Assembly (NCBI GenBank): GCA_054600435.1
Contig: BAAIJX010000012.1
Span: 310,001-374,000 of the forward strand
Reading direction: 5' to 3'
Length of the DNA stretch: 64,000 nt
From: Neophaeotheca triangularis
Lineage: Eukaryota
In this document: one piece after another, positions 1 to 11,870 of the stretch
Numbering within the stretch: position 1 is the first letter of the stretch
Layout: each line of letters starts with the position of its first letter
The notes under the pieces: model-generated
What the model was told of the DNA's origin: nothing
Seen by the model: the letters and a program-made list of their open reading frames with translations, nothing else
The model's database searches: none
Translations under genes and position numbers: made by a program

Positions 1-397
1 TGCCCAGTCTGTCGAAGCGTTACCTCCGTACTCCGTACCTAGCGTCTAGGAAATGGAGATACGCATTATCCGCAATCGGTCCAGGGGGTTCCTACTGCCG
101 TCGCGTCTGGCACGGCCTCCATTAATTCCCTTGGATGAATCGTGGGGTCGACCGTTTGTGGAGAACACCAGACCACGACGACATGGGCAATTCGGTACTA
201 TTACACATGAACAACCTTCCGACGGCAGACGTTTATAGGCTGTGAAAGATCGCCACTGATGCGGTAGAAAAGTCTCGAGGGCGTCACTGGCATGAAATAT
301 GATCTTAGCCCTTTTGCTCTTTTCTATTTCGCTTTTGGCAGAGGACACCTGAGTAAGTCTCCATCCTCAATACACATTTCCACGTCGTAGATTCGTT

Positions 398-1957
398 ATG
401 CAGCAATTCTCAGTTCTACTTGCCCTTTCGGGCCTACTTTCGCAACCATCTTCCGCGGCTCCAGCTCCGAAGCAAACCCTCGAAGAGGATACCATTCAAG
501 AACGACAGCTTCTTGGTGGCCTTCTGAACGGTGTAACCAGTACAGTTGATGACCTGCTGAACGGCGCCAATGCTGTTGTTTCGGGAGCTGTAGGCACTAT
601 TGAAGCTGTTGCAAATGGAAACGCTGGCCAGGATGATCCGTACGGCACCGTCCTCGACGCTCTACGGCCGATCGATCGCGACGCCTCCCCGGACAGTGTT
701 GAAGACGCCTTTGACGGACTTCAGAAGCTGTTGACTGCTGACCCGCCGCCATCCAACCTTTACGGCACGATTGGAAACCTGGTAGCTGCCGGTTTAAGTC
801 CCCAAAACATCGAAGATAACTTGCGATTCGTCGAGGGTGCTCTGACCGGAGAGAACAGCGTTAACAATAATAACCCACGCAATCCTTCACCTCGAGCGTT
901 CCCGAAAGCAAGCAGCCGAGATGCGCCGTACAGTCTATCCGAATCGCAGCTTCGTTCCGCCATTCACATCCCCTCAACCTTCCAGTATGGCCGCAATGGT
1001 GCACCCCAACCCGCGATTCTGGTTCCTGGTACGGGAAACACAGGATATGCCACCTTCATTGGCAACTACATACCACTCCTGCAAGGATCGCAGATTGCCG
1101 ACCCTGTCTGGCTAAACATCCCGTCCTTTCTCTTGCAAGATTCGCAATTATCGGTAAGCTGCCATTGTCCTTAAGAAAACGCCAGGCTGACCAACTTGAA
1201 GGGCGAATACGTCGCATACGCAATAAACTACATCTACGGTATCAGTAACCGCCGTAAAGTGGCCGTCATTGGCTGGTCTCAAGGCAACATCAACTCGCAA
1301 TGGGCATTCAAGTACTGGCCCTCGACCCGCAGCCGTACCACGGACTTAATCGCCTTTTCCGCCGACTACCACGGCACTACGGTAGCCAACTTGGTTGCGG
1401 CGCCGGGAGCACCTCTACCCCCCTCGGTTCTCCAGCAACAGCGCAACTCCAACTACATTACCACGCTGCGCAGAAATGGCGGCGACTCCGCTTACGTACC
1501 AACCACCAACGTCTACTCGAGCTTTCTCGACGAGATCGTACAGCCGCAAGCGGGCACGGGCGCTTCCGCTTTCCTGTTGCAAAACAACGGCGTGCAAGCA
1601 ACAAATACCGAAGTACAGAGGGTCTGCCCACAGCAACCCGCTGGACTCTTCTACACCCACGAGGGCGTCCTGTACAACCCAATCGGCTTCGAGCTGCTCA
1701 AAGATGCGCTCGCGCATTCAGGGCCAGGTCGGGTTGATAGGATCGATCTGCAGAGTGTCTGCAACCTGCTCTTGACTTCAGGGCTGAGTGCCACCAACTT
1801 GCTTCAGACGGAGAATGCGATCGTCGTTGCCGGGCTCGCTATCGTTGTCTATGAGCCCAAGGTTGTCACTGAGCCTCGAATCAAAGGTGAGAAATCCTGT
1901 CGCCTCCTCCGTTGAAATTCTGCATCCTAACGTTACTACAAAGCATACGCTCGGTAA
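398..1957 (+). CDS. Secreted lipase B (CalB-like alpha/beta hydrolase) with N-terminal extension; 3 exons (398-1153, 1202-1886, 1944-1957)
   Basis: Hydrophobic signal peptide. CalB-like motifs ILVPGTG, GWSQG (nucleophile Ser), DEIVQPQ (Asp) and THEG (His). GT..AG introns 1154-1201 and 1887-1943 join the ORF pieces in frame, ending EPRIKAYAR*, similar to CalB EPDLMPYAR. Confidence 0.92.
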
Positions 1958-2702
1958 TGCCAGGTGGCGCTGGTGGCTTTCGTTATTGCCTCAAAGCGAT
2001 TTATACCCAGTACATGCTAATAAGAAGGAGGGGTGACTCTTCAATTGACGTTCGAGATAAGATCATTCTACCTCTACACTTATTACATTTAGTATTGCCG
2101 TCTTGCGCAGTCTTTATGTCTTCCTCTACTTCTACTTTTTCGTCTTTATTGCCCGCTGACTTCTATTTGGCCCCTTCTTTTAGGTTTCTTACTTGTGCTA
2201 CTTCACCACTGCTACACATCTGCTCTACTCTATTCTCCGCTCGCACTTTCCGCTCTTACTCGTACTGGCCGAAGTGGACGATCATCCGCAATTGGAAATC
2301 TGTACGTTCGTTTAGAAGAAATGAGAAAGAAAGGAGTGAATCGTGATCTCAGGCCTGTCGATCGGCGAATAGACCTGGACATGCATTGTTTCACGCTCAA
2401 TGATCCCGATAGACACAACGGAGCTCTGTTGAACTTCTAAGCATCGCATTCGTGGAAGTTGGATGAACCGCCAGATAAGGCGTCCAGTCTCACATAAGCA
2501 GTCGCAACATCGCCCAGCAGGTACCTATGGTAGCACAAGTCTTACCGGTCTTAGTAAACGCTGTGCGCGGCCGCCGTAAATCTGAGGTGGTCTGTCTAAT
2601 CATATTTAAACAGCCTGCTCTTTCAGGTCTACCCCTACCCCCTACTACACCTACATCGGAGAACTTCGAACTAAGACCCCTTCGCAGAGAACTTCCCACA
2701 AT

Positions 2703-4488
2703 ATGGCTACCAACACAGCTCTCAATCTCCCAGAATCGAACATCGGCACAATTCTGGTGACTTTATTCACGACATACACTGCCATCAAATGGACGATTGC
2801 ACTCTACCATGCTTATCTAGGACCACTCAGCAAGGTGCCCGGGCCTAAAGTCAGTATCCACCACTTCTTTGCGGAGTCGTCTGCAGTACTCTTAGTCCCA
2901 TACTGCACCTACTAAGTATCCACCCCGGCATAGATTCGAGCGGTGTCCTGCATACCTTTCATTCGCACGATGGTCAGAGGCAACGACACCGTCGACACAG
3001 TCGCCCTCCACCAGCAGTACGGACCAGTAGTCCGCCTTGCGCCGCGAGAGGTCTCATTGGCCGGGGGCGCAAATGCCTGGAAAGACGTATACGGTTTCAA
3101 GAAGCCTGGTCAACCCAAGCCATTCAAGCACCATGAATTTTATGAGGCAAGCCGTTTGGAAAGCATCGAATGGTAAAGCATTAGTATCTGACGCGGCGCA
3201 CAGATACCCGTCAACGGTGTTCCTTCGATTGGCGACATCTCTAACGATGAAGGGCATTCGAGGCATCGGAAAATTCTCACGCACTCTTTCAGCGACAGAG
3301 CCCTCAAGGAGCAGGAGCCTCTGCTCAAGCACTGGGCGGAAAAGCTCGCCAGCAAACTATCGGAACATGCCACGTCAGGCCGAAAGGCCGACATGCTGGC
3401 CTATTTCAACTTCACAACCTTCGACATCATGGCCGACCTGGCTTTCGGCGAAAGCTTAAACATGCTCGACAACAGTGAATATGTCCCCTGGGTCAAGGTA
3501 ACAACGCCCCCTTTCTCCCCTGTGAATTTTTCCAAACTAACCGCAAAAGTCCATCTTCGGCGGCATCAAGATATCCATCATGATCCGATCGTTCAGCTAC
3601 TTCAACGGGTTCACAGACTGGATAACCCACAATCTCATCCTGCAAAGCAGCTTCATCCGCAAAGCGCAACACAAGCACTTCAACTACACCAAAGACCGCG
3701 TAAACCGGCGACTCTCTCTAACCCCGGAGCGGCCAGACTTGTGGACCAAAATCATCGAGAAGAGCAAAGGACCCGACGGCCTAACCCTAGATGAGCACCA
3801 CTCCAACGGCTCCATCTTCATGCTCGCAGGCACCGAGACCACAGCCACAGCTCTCAGCGGCACCATCTACCACCTCCTCCGCAACCGCAACTACCTCGAC
3901 AACCTCGTGGCCGAAATCCGCACCGCTTTCTCGCGGTCCGAAGACGTCGGGTTGGAGAAGCTCGCCCGGCTGAAGTACCTGCAAGCGGTGCTGCAAGAGG
4001 GGCTACGCATGTACCCGCCCGTGCCTTCGATGCTGCCGCGGCGGATCCCGCAGGGCGGCGCGGTCATGGGTGGGTTTTTCATGCCCGGGGGCACTAATGT
4101 GGGCGTGCATCAGTTGGCGACTTATAGGATGGAGGCGCATTTTAGGAAAGCTGGCGAATTTCGGCCGGAGAGGTGGTTGGGGGATGAGGAGTTTAGGGGC
4201 GATCATGCTGATGCGTTGGAGCCTTTTAGTGTTGGGCCGAGGAATTGTCTTGGGAAGGTGAGTTGTCCTTCTTAGCAAGGCTGGGGTTTTGGGTGATTGA
4301 TTGCTGATTGATTGGCGGAACAGAATTTGGCCTGGCATGAGATGAGGTTGTTACTTGCTACTGTTTTGTTGAATTTTGATTTGGAGCTATGTGAAGAGTC
4401 GAAGAGTTGGACCAATCAGAAGGTGTATGTGTTGTGGGAGAAGATACCGCTGATGTGTAAATTGACGCCGGCGAAGACGAAGGTCTGA
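2703..4488 (+). CDS. Cytochrome P450, CYP65/Tri11-like; 5 exons (2703-2849, 2934-3146, 3204-3497, 3550-4257, 4324-4488)
   Basis: N-terminal anchor followed by PLSKVPGP. Motifs LHQQYGPVVR, AGTETT (I-helix), EGLR (ExxR), PERW, and heme motif FSVGPRNCLGK|NLAWHEMR. The spliced product is open throughout; intron 2 needs a GC donor. Confidence 0.92.
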
Positions 4489-6140
4489 ATGAGATCGAAA
4501 CAGGCAACGGTGGGGTTTTAACGATGTTGATGATGGGGGCGTTCTTGTAAACGTAGCGACGAGACACGATGACTTTCCGTGGCAGAGTAGCGTTTGCCTT
4601 GCGGAGGATACACATGGAATCCCCCCCTTCCTAGCCACCGAACTGATATGAGACAACCTCTTAGCTTTATCTACTAGGCAGACACTGCATAGGAGTTAGG
4701 TTCCAGGGTACCGCCGGGAGAACGAAAGACTCGAGTCCGCTAGGTTCAATGCAAGCGTTTCCGGCAATAATAATCACTCCCCCTTGCCTCGAGACCTACC
4801 TGTAGCTATAGAGCAGTCAATGATTGCTCATGATGGTTGGCAAGAGATGAGAAGGCATGAGTGTGACCGAGAGGCTGTATAGAATAGTATAAGGACGGCA
4901 TCCCCAGTCTCCCTGGCGCAATCAGTACGCAATGCTTGAACCAACTTCACCTCTCCCATTTGTCAATTCTGGCTATTCAGCCCTTCGACCCCTGAACTTC
5001 ATACAATAATCCACCTTCGGCAGGGCCGAGCCATACTCATATAGGGTCGTGCGCGGCGGTCAAATTTCAACATCACGGGGGACCACACGACTGTGGATCT
5101 GGCGAGGTATCGAAAGAACTTCCACGTGCTTGCCTGAGCTTTGTGAAGCTACAGTATACCCGGATTGTCCAAATAGCAGCATCGCGGAGTGGGCAACAAC
5201 ACAGCTATTGCTTCTGCAGCATGCAACCATTGTGCTATTGGTCCTATTGACATTCCATTGTGACAGTATTATAGCCGCCATTAAGCCTTCGGCCGTAAAA
5301 GCGGCCTCGTCGTGTTGCTAGGGTACTTGGACAAAAATCGGGCTATTTGTAGAATACTGTACCTAGCATTTCGGACGTAAAGAAACGTCGTTTGTTATCT
5401 CCAGCACAAAATCCGCCGAACGTTGACCTAGCGGGGCATTTCGCGGATAACGGCACGTTCGGCAGTGGATCCGCCGCTGGGATCGGCAGCGAATCAAGCA
5501 CGGCGATCGGTGGTCGGTATCCGCGACTGCAACTGCCTCGGTTATACCGTCGCTTGGCAGACGGATACGGCATGATGGGATCCAAACAGCCCACCAAGGC
5601 AGCCAACAACACGCATAACATACCCAAACAGGGCATTTATGCGTGCCACGGAAGGCGACCAGACGACGACCCGACTGCGAATTTTCGGCGAGGGGCTGGC
5701 TATTGGTAAGGTCGGTCTTTCTAACGACCGGTCACTGTGATTTTCTAGAAGCTTTTGCCTTCTCTAATCAGATTTGGCATGACTCTAGTGGCGCTCAATC
5801 GTGCTGGCGGGCGATACCTCGAACTTCTTCACCTCTATATGATAGTCACAATCTCCTCCCCTCTCCCTCGTCATCCCAAACTCATTTTCCCTCCTCTCCT
5901 CTCCTACCTACTTCCACACTTCCATTTGCTGCAGCTGATACGACCTGCCTTTTCAATACTACCCTAATACGTCATTCATCTTCATCGACAGTCTCTCGTC
6001 AGCCTTCTAAGCTGTCCGTCTACCTGCTTTAATAAACACGCATCGCCTGCCTTGTCGCTTTCGAGACCAACTTCATACCAGCCTCTACTGAACGTACCCC
6101 AGAAATCCACAGGCGATCAGCCTGATCAAACCCCGTAGCC

Positions 6141-8123
6141 ATGGATCAAGAGAAGGATGTCGAGAGCGGCAAACCCGAACAGATCAACCATTTCCGCCAG
6201 GTCTGGTCGCAAGCAGGCATAACACCCGAAGTCGCAAATTACCCCTACCCCGGCAAAGGAACAGAAGACGACCCATACGTCGTCTCATGGATCGAAAATG
6301 ACCCACGCAACCCGATGCTGTACTCTGCGACGAAGAAGTGGACGTTGACAGCTCTTGTAGCCATCGCGACATTGGCTGTCGCATTCGTTTCGAGCGCATA
6401 CTCTGGTGGCTCAACAGAGATTATACAGGAGTTCCGGGTGTCACAGGTTGTGTACACTCTGGGTATCTCTCTATTCGTGCTGGGATTCGCGATTGGTAAG
6501 TCCGGGTCTCGTGTCTGGTGTTTGGGCGTTGCTAACGTAGAGACCAGGACCGCTACTCTGGGGACCTATGTCCGAGTTGTTTGGACGCCAGATCTTGTTC
6601 ATCACCACCTATGCCGCTCTGACCGCTTTCAACGCTGGCGCCGCTGGCGTGAACAACATCGAAGGCCTGATCGTGCTCCGGTTCTTCGCCGGTGCTTTCG
6701 GTTCAAGCCCCTTGACCAACGCCGGCGGTGTCATTGCCGACATGTTCAGCGCAAAGGAGCGCGGCCTTGCCATGTCCCTATTCGCAGCGGCGCCATTCAT
6801 GGGACCTGTCCTCGGTCCCATCGTCGGTGGGTTCGTAGGCCAGACGGTCGGCTGGCGGTGGATTCAGGGCGTCATGGCCATCTTCACAGGCGTGCTTTGG
6901 CTCCTTGGAGCGTTCTTCTTGCCGGAGACCTACCCCCCTGTCATCCACCGCAGACGAGCAGCCGCTCTCAGCAAGGCTACTGGCAAGGTTTACAAGAGCC
7001 GTGGCGATGTCGACCAAGGACCTACCACTTTCGGACACGTTTTCGGCCAGTCATTACTCAGGCCGTGGGTTCTCCTGTTCCGCGAACCCATTGTTTTCCT
7101 CTTGTCCATCTACATGGCCATCATCTACGGTACACTTTACATGCTGTTCGGTGCATTCCCCATTGTCTACCAGCAGAACCGCGGTTGGTCGCCCGGAATC
7201 GGTGGTCTGGCTTTCTTGGGTGTGGCTGTGGGCATGATCATGGCAGTGGCCTACTCGATTTGGGACAATAAACGGTACGCCACCATTAGCGACAAGCATT
7301 CGGGATTCGCACCTCCAGAGGCTCGCCTCCCACCGACTATGATTGGAGGCATTGCCGTGCCCATTGGTCTCTTCTGGTTCGCCTGGACAAACTACCCATC
7401 TATCCACTGGATGGCGTCAATCGCAGCCGGTGTACCTTTCGGTTTCGGCATGGTTTTGGTGTTCCTCGGTATCATGAACTACCTTATTGGTAAGTACTCA
7501 ATCAACAAACAAGACCTGGTGTGCCCCGCTAACTATCTACAGATGCATACACCATTTACGCCGCATCAGTCCTCGCAGCCAACAGTGTCCTTCGGTCCCT
7601 CTTGGGCTTTGCATTCCCCCTGTTCACAGGAAAAATGTACGACAACCTAGGCATTCACTGGGCGTCGACAATCCCTGCCTTCCTCGCCTTAGCTTGCGTA
7701 CCCTTCCCTTTCCTCTTCTACAAATACGGCGGCCCAATCCGCGAGCGCTGCAAGTACGCCGCGCAATCTGCAGCATTCATGCGCAAGATGCAGAACCAAA
7801 TGCAAGCACCCAGCGATTCGGAATCTGGCGGCGACGACGGCAACGCCTCGTCCATCGACAAGGAGAAAGAGCGGCAGGAAGAGGCCGAAGAGGAGCAAGA
7901 GGCTATCGACTACTCGTACGAAGACGAGAATCCGCAGCAGCCTGGCCGTTTCGAGCAGATCAAGACGACGCAGAGCCGGAACCAGAACTCGAACAATTTG
8001 AAGCGCACGCAGTCGTACGAGGCCAATCCTTTTGACCTCGATCGTGTTAATACTCGGGAGAGTTTCAAGCGTACGCCTAGCGGCAAGCGCTCGAGAGCGA
8101 GCTCAAAAGCTAGTAGGGTGTGA
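6141..8123 (+). CDS. MFS drug:H+ antiporter (DHA1 family, TPO/FLR-like); introns 6496-6547 and 7490-7542
   Basis: Motifs W..NDPRNP, GP...[37 protein letters not shown] and NYLIDAY. About 12 hydrophobic segments and canonical splice signals. Confidence 0.93.
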
Positions 8124-8748
8124 AGTGGTGGATAGAAGAATGGATGCAGGGGGAGGTTTGCTTGTTTGTGCAACAAAAGATTAGCGTAGGCGTCGGTTTG
8201 GCTCTGGTGGTGCTTTTTGCGGCTTTTGCCTTTTGCCGTTGTTTTGAGATACCTATTCCACTTTTGGGAGGCGGGGAGAATAGAATGGGACAGCACAGAT
8301 GGGCTGGGATGAGTATAGACCTATTATTTAGATAATAATTCAAACATAGCCTTAATCAATGTGGATGCGATGTATCCTATCATCAGCTTACTTGTCGTCT
8401 CCATTCCATACTTTCAGATCCATAACAATCAATCACTTGTAATTGCAGCTGTATGTAACTTCACTTTCAGGCCCCAGCGTGCTTGCCTTTGTGTACTATT
8501 ACTGATTTTGGTAATTTCACTTCGAGGGAGTACCTAGACTTTTTTCCCGTCATTGCCACATAAATCAAATCAGTCGAAAGGAACCTGGATACCTCTCGGT
8601 ACTACGTCGTACAGCACAAGGACTTGTCATGACCGACGAGACGGCACAACTCGGGAACCTCTCGTTCGCTGAAATACTGTATGTCTCTGGCAAAAACCCG
8701 CATTCAAGACTGACTGACCTGATGCGTACTTCGGCCGACCAGTACCAC

Positions 8749-8776
8749 ATGCAATGCAATGCAATGCCATGCCATG
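8749..8776. repeat. Pentanucleotide microsatellite (ATGCA)3(ATGCC)2
   Basis: Read directly: atgcaatgcaatgcaatgccatgccatg. Confidence 0.85.
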
Positions 8777-9658
8777 TCCTACTTACCCCCTATCCCTTTG
8801 CCGAGAGTTGAAGAAAACGCGTGCTACGTGGTATACACATAATAATTACCTAGGTAGGTCCATCCTCCTGAAATCAAAACAGCAACAGAAATTGGGAAAG
8901 AAAGCGGGCAAATTGCGACGCCTCGGGTACTCCCGTTGCGATTTTGCTGTCCACACCTTTGCTAGTCTACATTTAGAAGCCTCGGTACGTACCGGGGTAC
9001 CTTGCAGATGTATCGTCTCCCCTCACGTCATCTCCCGCCCGGGGGGCCAACGCGACACCGCCGCTCGAATCGCGTCTTCCCGACTTCCAATTTTTCTTAA
9101 TCAAAAAAAAAAAAAGGAAGATTATTTCTGGAACACGCCTTTTTTTATCAACTCCGCCGATTTGCCATTTTCTCTGCCTGGACCAGGCACCGTTGGCACC
9201 CGATGTTTACCTTGCTCTCAACGCTTTTGATGAGCCTGCCTACCCGGAGCTTTTACTCTCGTTTGACACGCTCGTGGAGTCTTGACACATGCTCGTCCGA
9301 CTGGCTTGCTTGCCGATGGCGCGCACGCAAAATCTTCGCGCTTCTTCACCCATTATTATTATTATTCACGTCGGCAGCCGATGAATCACCTCGATGGCGG
9401 TGACGGGAGTGTGTGAAATTCAATTTGATTGCGGTGCTGATGTAATCAGTATACTACGGCAAGGTAAGAAAACTATCATCATTATCTCTCTACTCTTACA
9501 TCCCTTTGGTGTTTGTTTGCTGTTGTTCTTACTTCTAGCTTAGTGAACCTCTGTTTTCTCCTTGCTGCTTTTCTGTCTTTCGTCTTGGGACTTTCTTCTC
9601 TTACCGGCGCAGATATACGGCCTCCTTTCTTCTCCAATACGACTGGGAATCGCTCAAC

Positions 9659-11185
9659 ATGGCCGCCGACAAACTTCCCTTGGAGCTGCAACAGCAGATC
9701 TTCCAGCACCTGGACGGCACTTCCTTTCACGCCGCACGAAGCGTGAGCAGATGGTGGAGATACGCATCCACCGAATCCGTGACTCTCGCACGACAGCTGC
9801 AGAAGCTGCCAATCTCGCCTCCAGTGGAAGCGGCATCATGCAGTCCCGCACAGTTGCAGCGCTTGTTCAGCGAAGCGGCGCATACTTTGATGTTGGGCTT
9901 GAAGACGACACGAGAGCGCGATAGTCTTGGGACGCTTACACCCTGGCTCACGGGACCGAGAATCTGCTCGACGAGCAACGGCAACCGAACAGTAACGCTC
10001 AACGATCGAACGATTTCGCTTTTCGACACCACCACACTGCCACACAAGCTCATCACTCAGCGACGTCTTAATGACCTCAAGGAGACGGTGGGTTCCGGGC
10101 CATGGTTTAAGATCACGCCGAGTACCTCGCACGAACTCGCACTGTCCTCGAACGGCAACCTGTTGGCTGTAGCACTGGAGCGGACAATCCAGATCTATGA
10201 TCTTACAGCCGAACCCGACAGCTACACCGTCAATGAATACCTCCCCAGCGCCTCCGGACACTACATTGCGGGCTTGGACTTTGAGCAAGATGATCATGTG
10301 CTGCGGGTTAGACTCAATGGGAAAGGAACGGTGCTGTACTGCGGTACGCCGCGAGGTGCCAGTAGCAAGAGCAATGACAAAGCCGGAATCGATCACTGGA
10401 AGAGCAAAGCGGGTCTTAAACACTGCTTCCTGGACTCCTCGCTCTTGAAGTTGCCGGCAGCCGAGGCTGGGGACTTGACTAGCCCTTCTCGCATCTCCGG
10501 ACTGCAGCTTCTTCGGCCTTTCCAAGGGGGCTACCTTTTTGCTTCTCAAAAACACGGAGGGGGCGCGCCCTCCCGTTACATGCTGGGACACGTAAAGTCC
10601 AGCGTGCCACACAACGCCAAGGAACTCGTGGTCGAGCCGGGTAGCACGACAGTCCTCGCGCACCTGCCCTCCTTTCTTAGCAGCTGGGAAACCACTCTCA
10701 ACACGCGCGCAAACAACCATCGAGGCCAATGGGAGAACATGCCATCCGCGCACGAGCACCACCCACACTTCGCCCTATCGCTCGACAACAGCATGCTCGC
10801 GCTCGCAGAGAAGGATAAGAAACGCGTGCGCCCCTCATCCATGCACCAGATCTTCAACTTCCGGATCCCGCATGAAAAGAGTCTGGAGCGGTTGATCAAG
10901 GAGGCGTCATCGAGGCGGCAAGGCGCAGACACGGAGCGCGAGAACTTTCTCGAGAGGCTGGAAAGCAGGACCAAGAGGCAGAAGATTGCCGAGGGCGCCG
11001 TCACGGGCGAGCTCGTCGAGACCAAGTATGACGTCTGCAGGCTGCCGTTGTGTTTGGCTACTGTTACGGGCGAGCTTACGGATCTGGGTTTTGCCGGTTT
11101 GGATGGCGAAGAGAGTGGGCGCGGTGCGAAGCTGCGTGTTTCCACTACGGATGCCACCAGGAGTTGGTCTTTGGTGGAGGGTTGA
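9659..11185 (+). CDS. F-box protein with a probable degenerate beta-propeller C-terminal region
   Basis: N-terminal LPLELQQQIFQHLD...ARSVSRWW fits the F-box consensus. WD-like strands (LALSSNGNLLAVALERTIQIYDL) follow. Intronless 508-aa ORF, with a probable 5'UTR intron at 9464-9612. Confidence 0.82.
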   Translation: MAADKLPLELQQQIFQHLDGTSFHAARSVSRWWRYASTESVTLARQLQKLPISPPVEAASCSPAQLQRLFSEAAHTLMLGLKTTRERDSLGTLTPWLTGPRICSTSNGNRTVTLNDRTISLFDTTTLPHKLITQRRLNDLKETVGSGPWFKITPSTSHELALSSNGNLLAVALERTIQIYDLTAEPDSYTVNEYLPSASGHYIAGLDFEQDDHVLRVRLNGKGTVLYCGTPRGASSKSNDKAGIDHWKSKAGLKHCFLDSSLLKLPAAEAGDLTSPSRISGLQLLRPFQGGYLFASQKHGGGAPSRYMLGHVKSSVPHNAKELVVEPGSTTVLAHLPSFLSSWETTLNTRANNHRGQWENMPSAHEHHPHFALSLDNSMLALAEKDKKRVRPSSMHQIFNFRIPHEKSLERLIKEASSRRQGADTERENFLERLESRTKRQKIAEGAVTGELVETKYDVCRLPLCLATVTGELTDLGFAGLDGEESGRGAKLRVSTTDATRSWSLVEG

Positions 11186-11870
11186 GAAGTTCGCTTGGCT
11201 TTCTATTGCGGCATAGTTGTGGGCTTCTGCGAGGTTCGTAGCCACTAGTCTGCTTGCTTGATATGTGATTTGGGGGGGAGTTTGGGGCTGGCTGGGCTGG
11301 CCTGGCCTGGGCTTAGATTATAGATATAGATTAGTTTTGATACCCAAGTCAATAGATTATAGATTTTATCTTTTCCCCTGCCTAGTGAGCTACAAGCGGT
11401 CAATACTGTAAGTTAAGGCGTGAATGAGTGGCCATACTTGATGCTGAAGGTCGGTTCATTCTACCTACCTGATAACTACGCGCCTACAGTAACGGTAACA
11501 AGTCGGCGCGTGTACACCCATACCTCCCAGAGCGCCTCCCAACGCCGCTTTGCGCCCTATCCACACTCAAAAGTTTCCACTAGGGGAGACACAGAGCCCT
11601 TCGATGACCGTACTGTTCAACGCTACAAAGGGCGACAGCGTAGGAGACACTAAGGGATACGATACGAACACTGAATAGTCGTTCCCGAAAAGGACAGGAA
11701 CGCGTTACTGAAAACGCTTTGGCGTCACATCGCCATCTAGCAATCGAGATCTGAGTACCCTCCCTACGTTCGACGAAGGTGACGTGCGCAAATGCCATTG
11801 CACGCCTTCGTACGGAGCTAGACTGAGCCATTAAGAGCGACTTCGCAAGTACGCAAAGCTCCCGAATCCC

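Noticed and set aside
9379..9441. C/D snoRNA-like segment with gacgggagtgtgt, resembling the antisense of the 18S ACACACCGCCCGTC region
   Set aside because: The complementarity is interrupted by a mismatch and a gap, the boxes are poor, and it lies in the probable F-box 5' leader.
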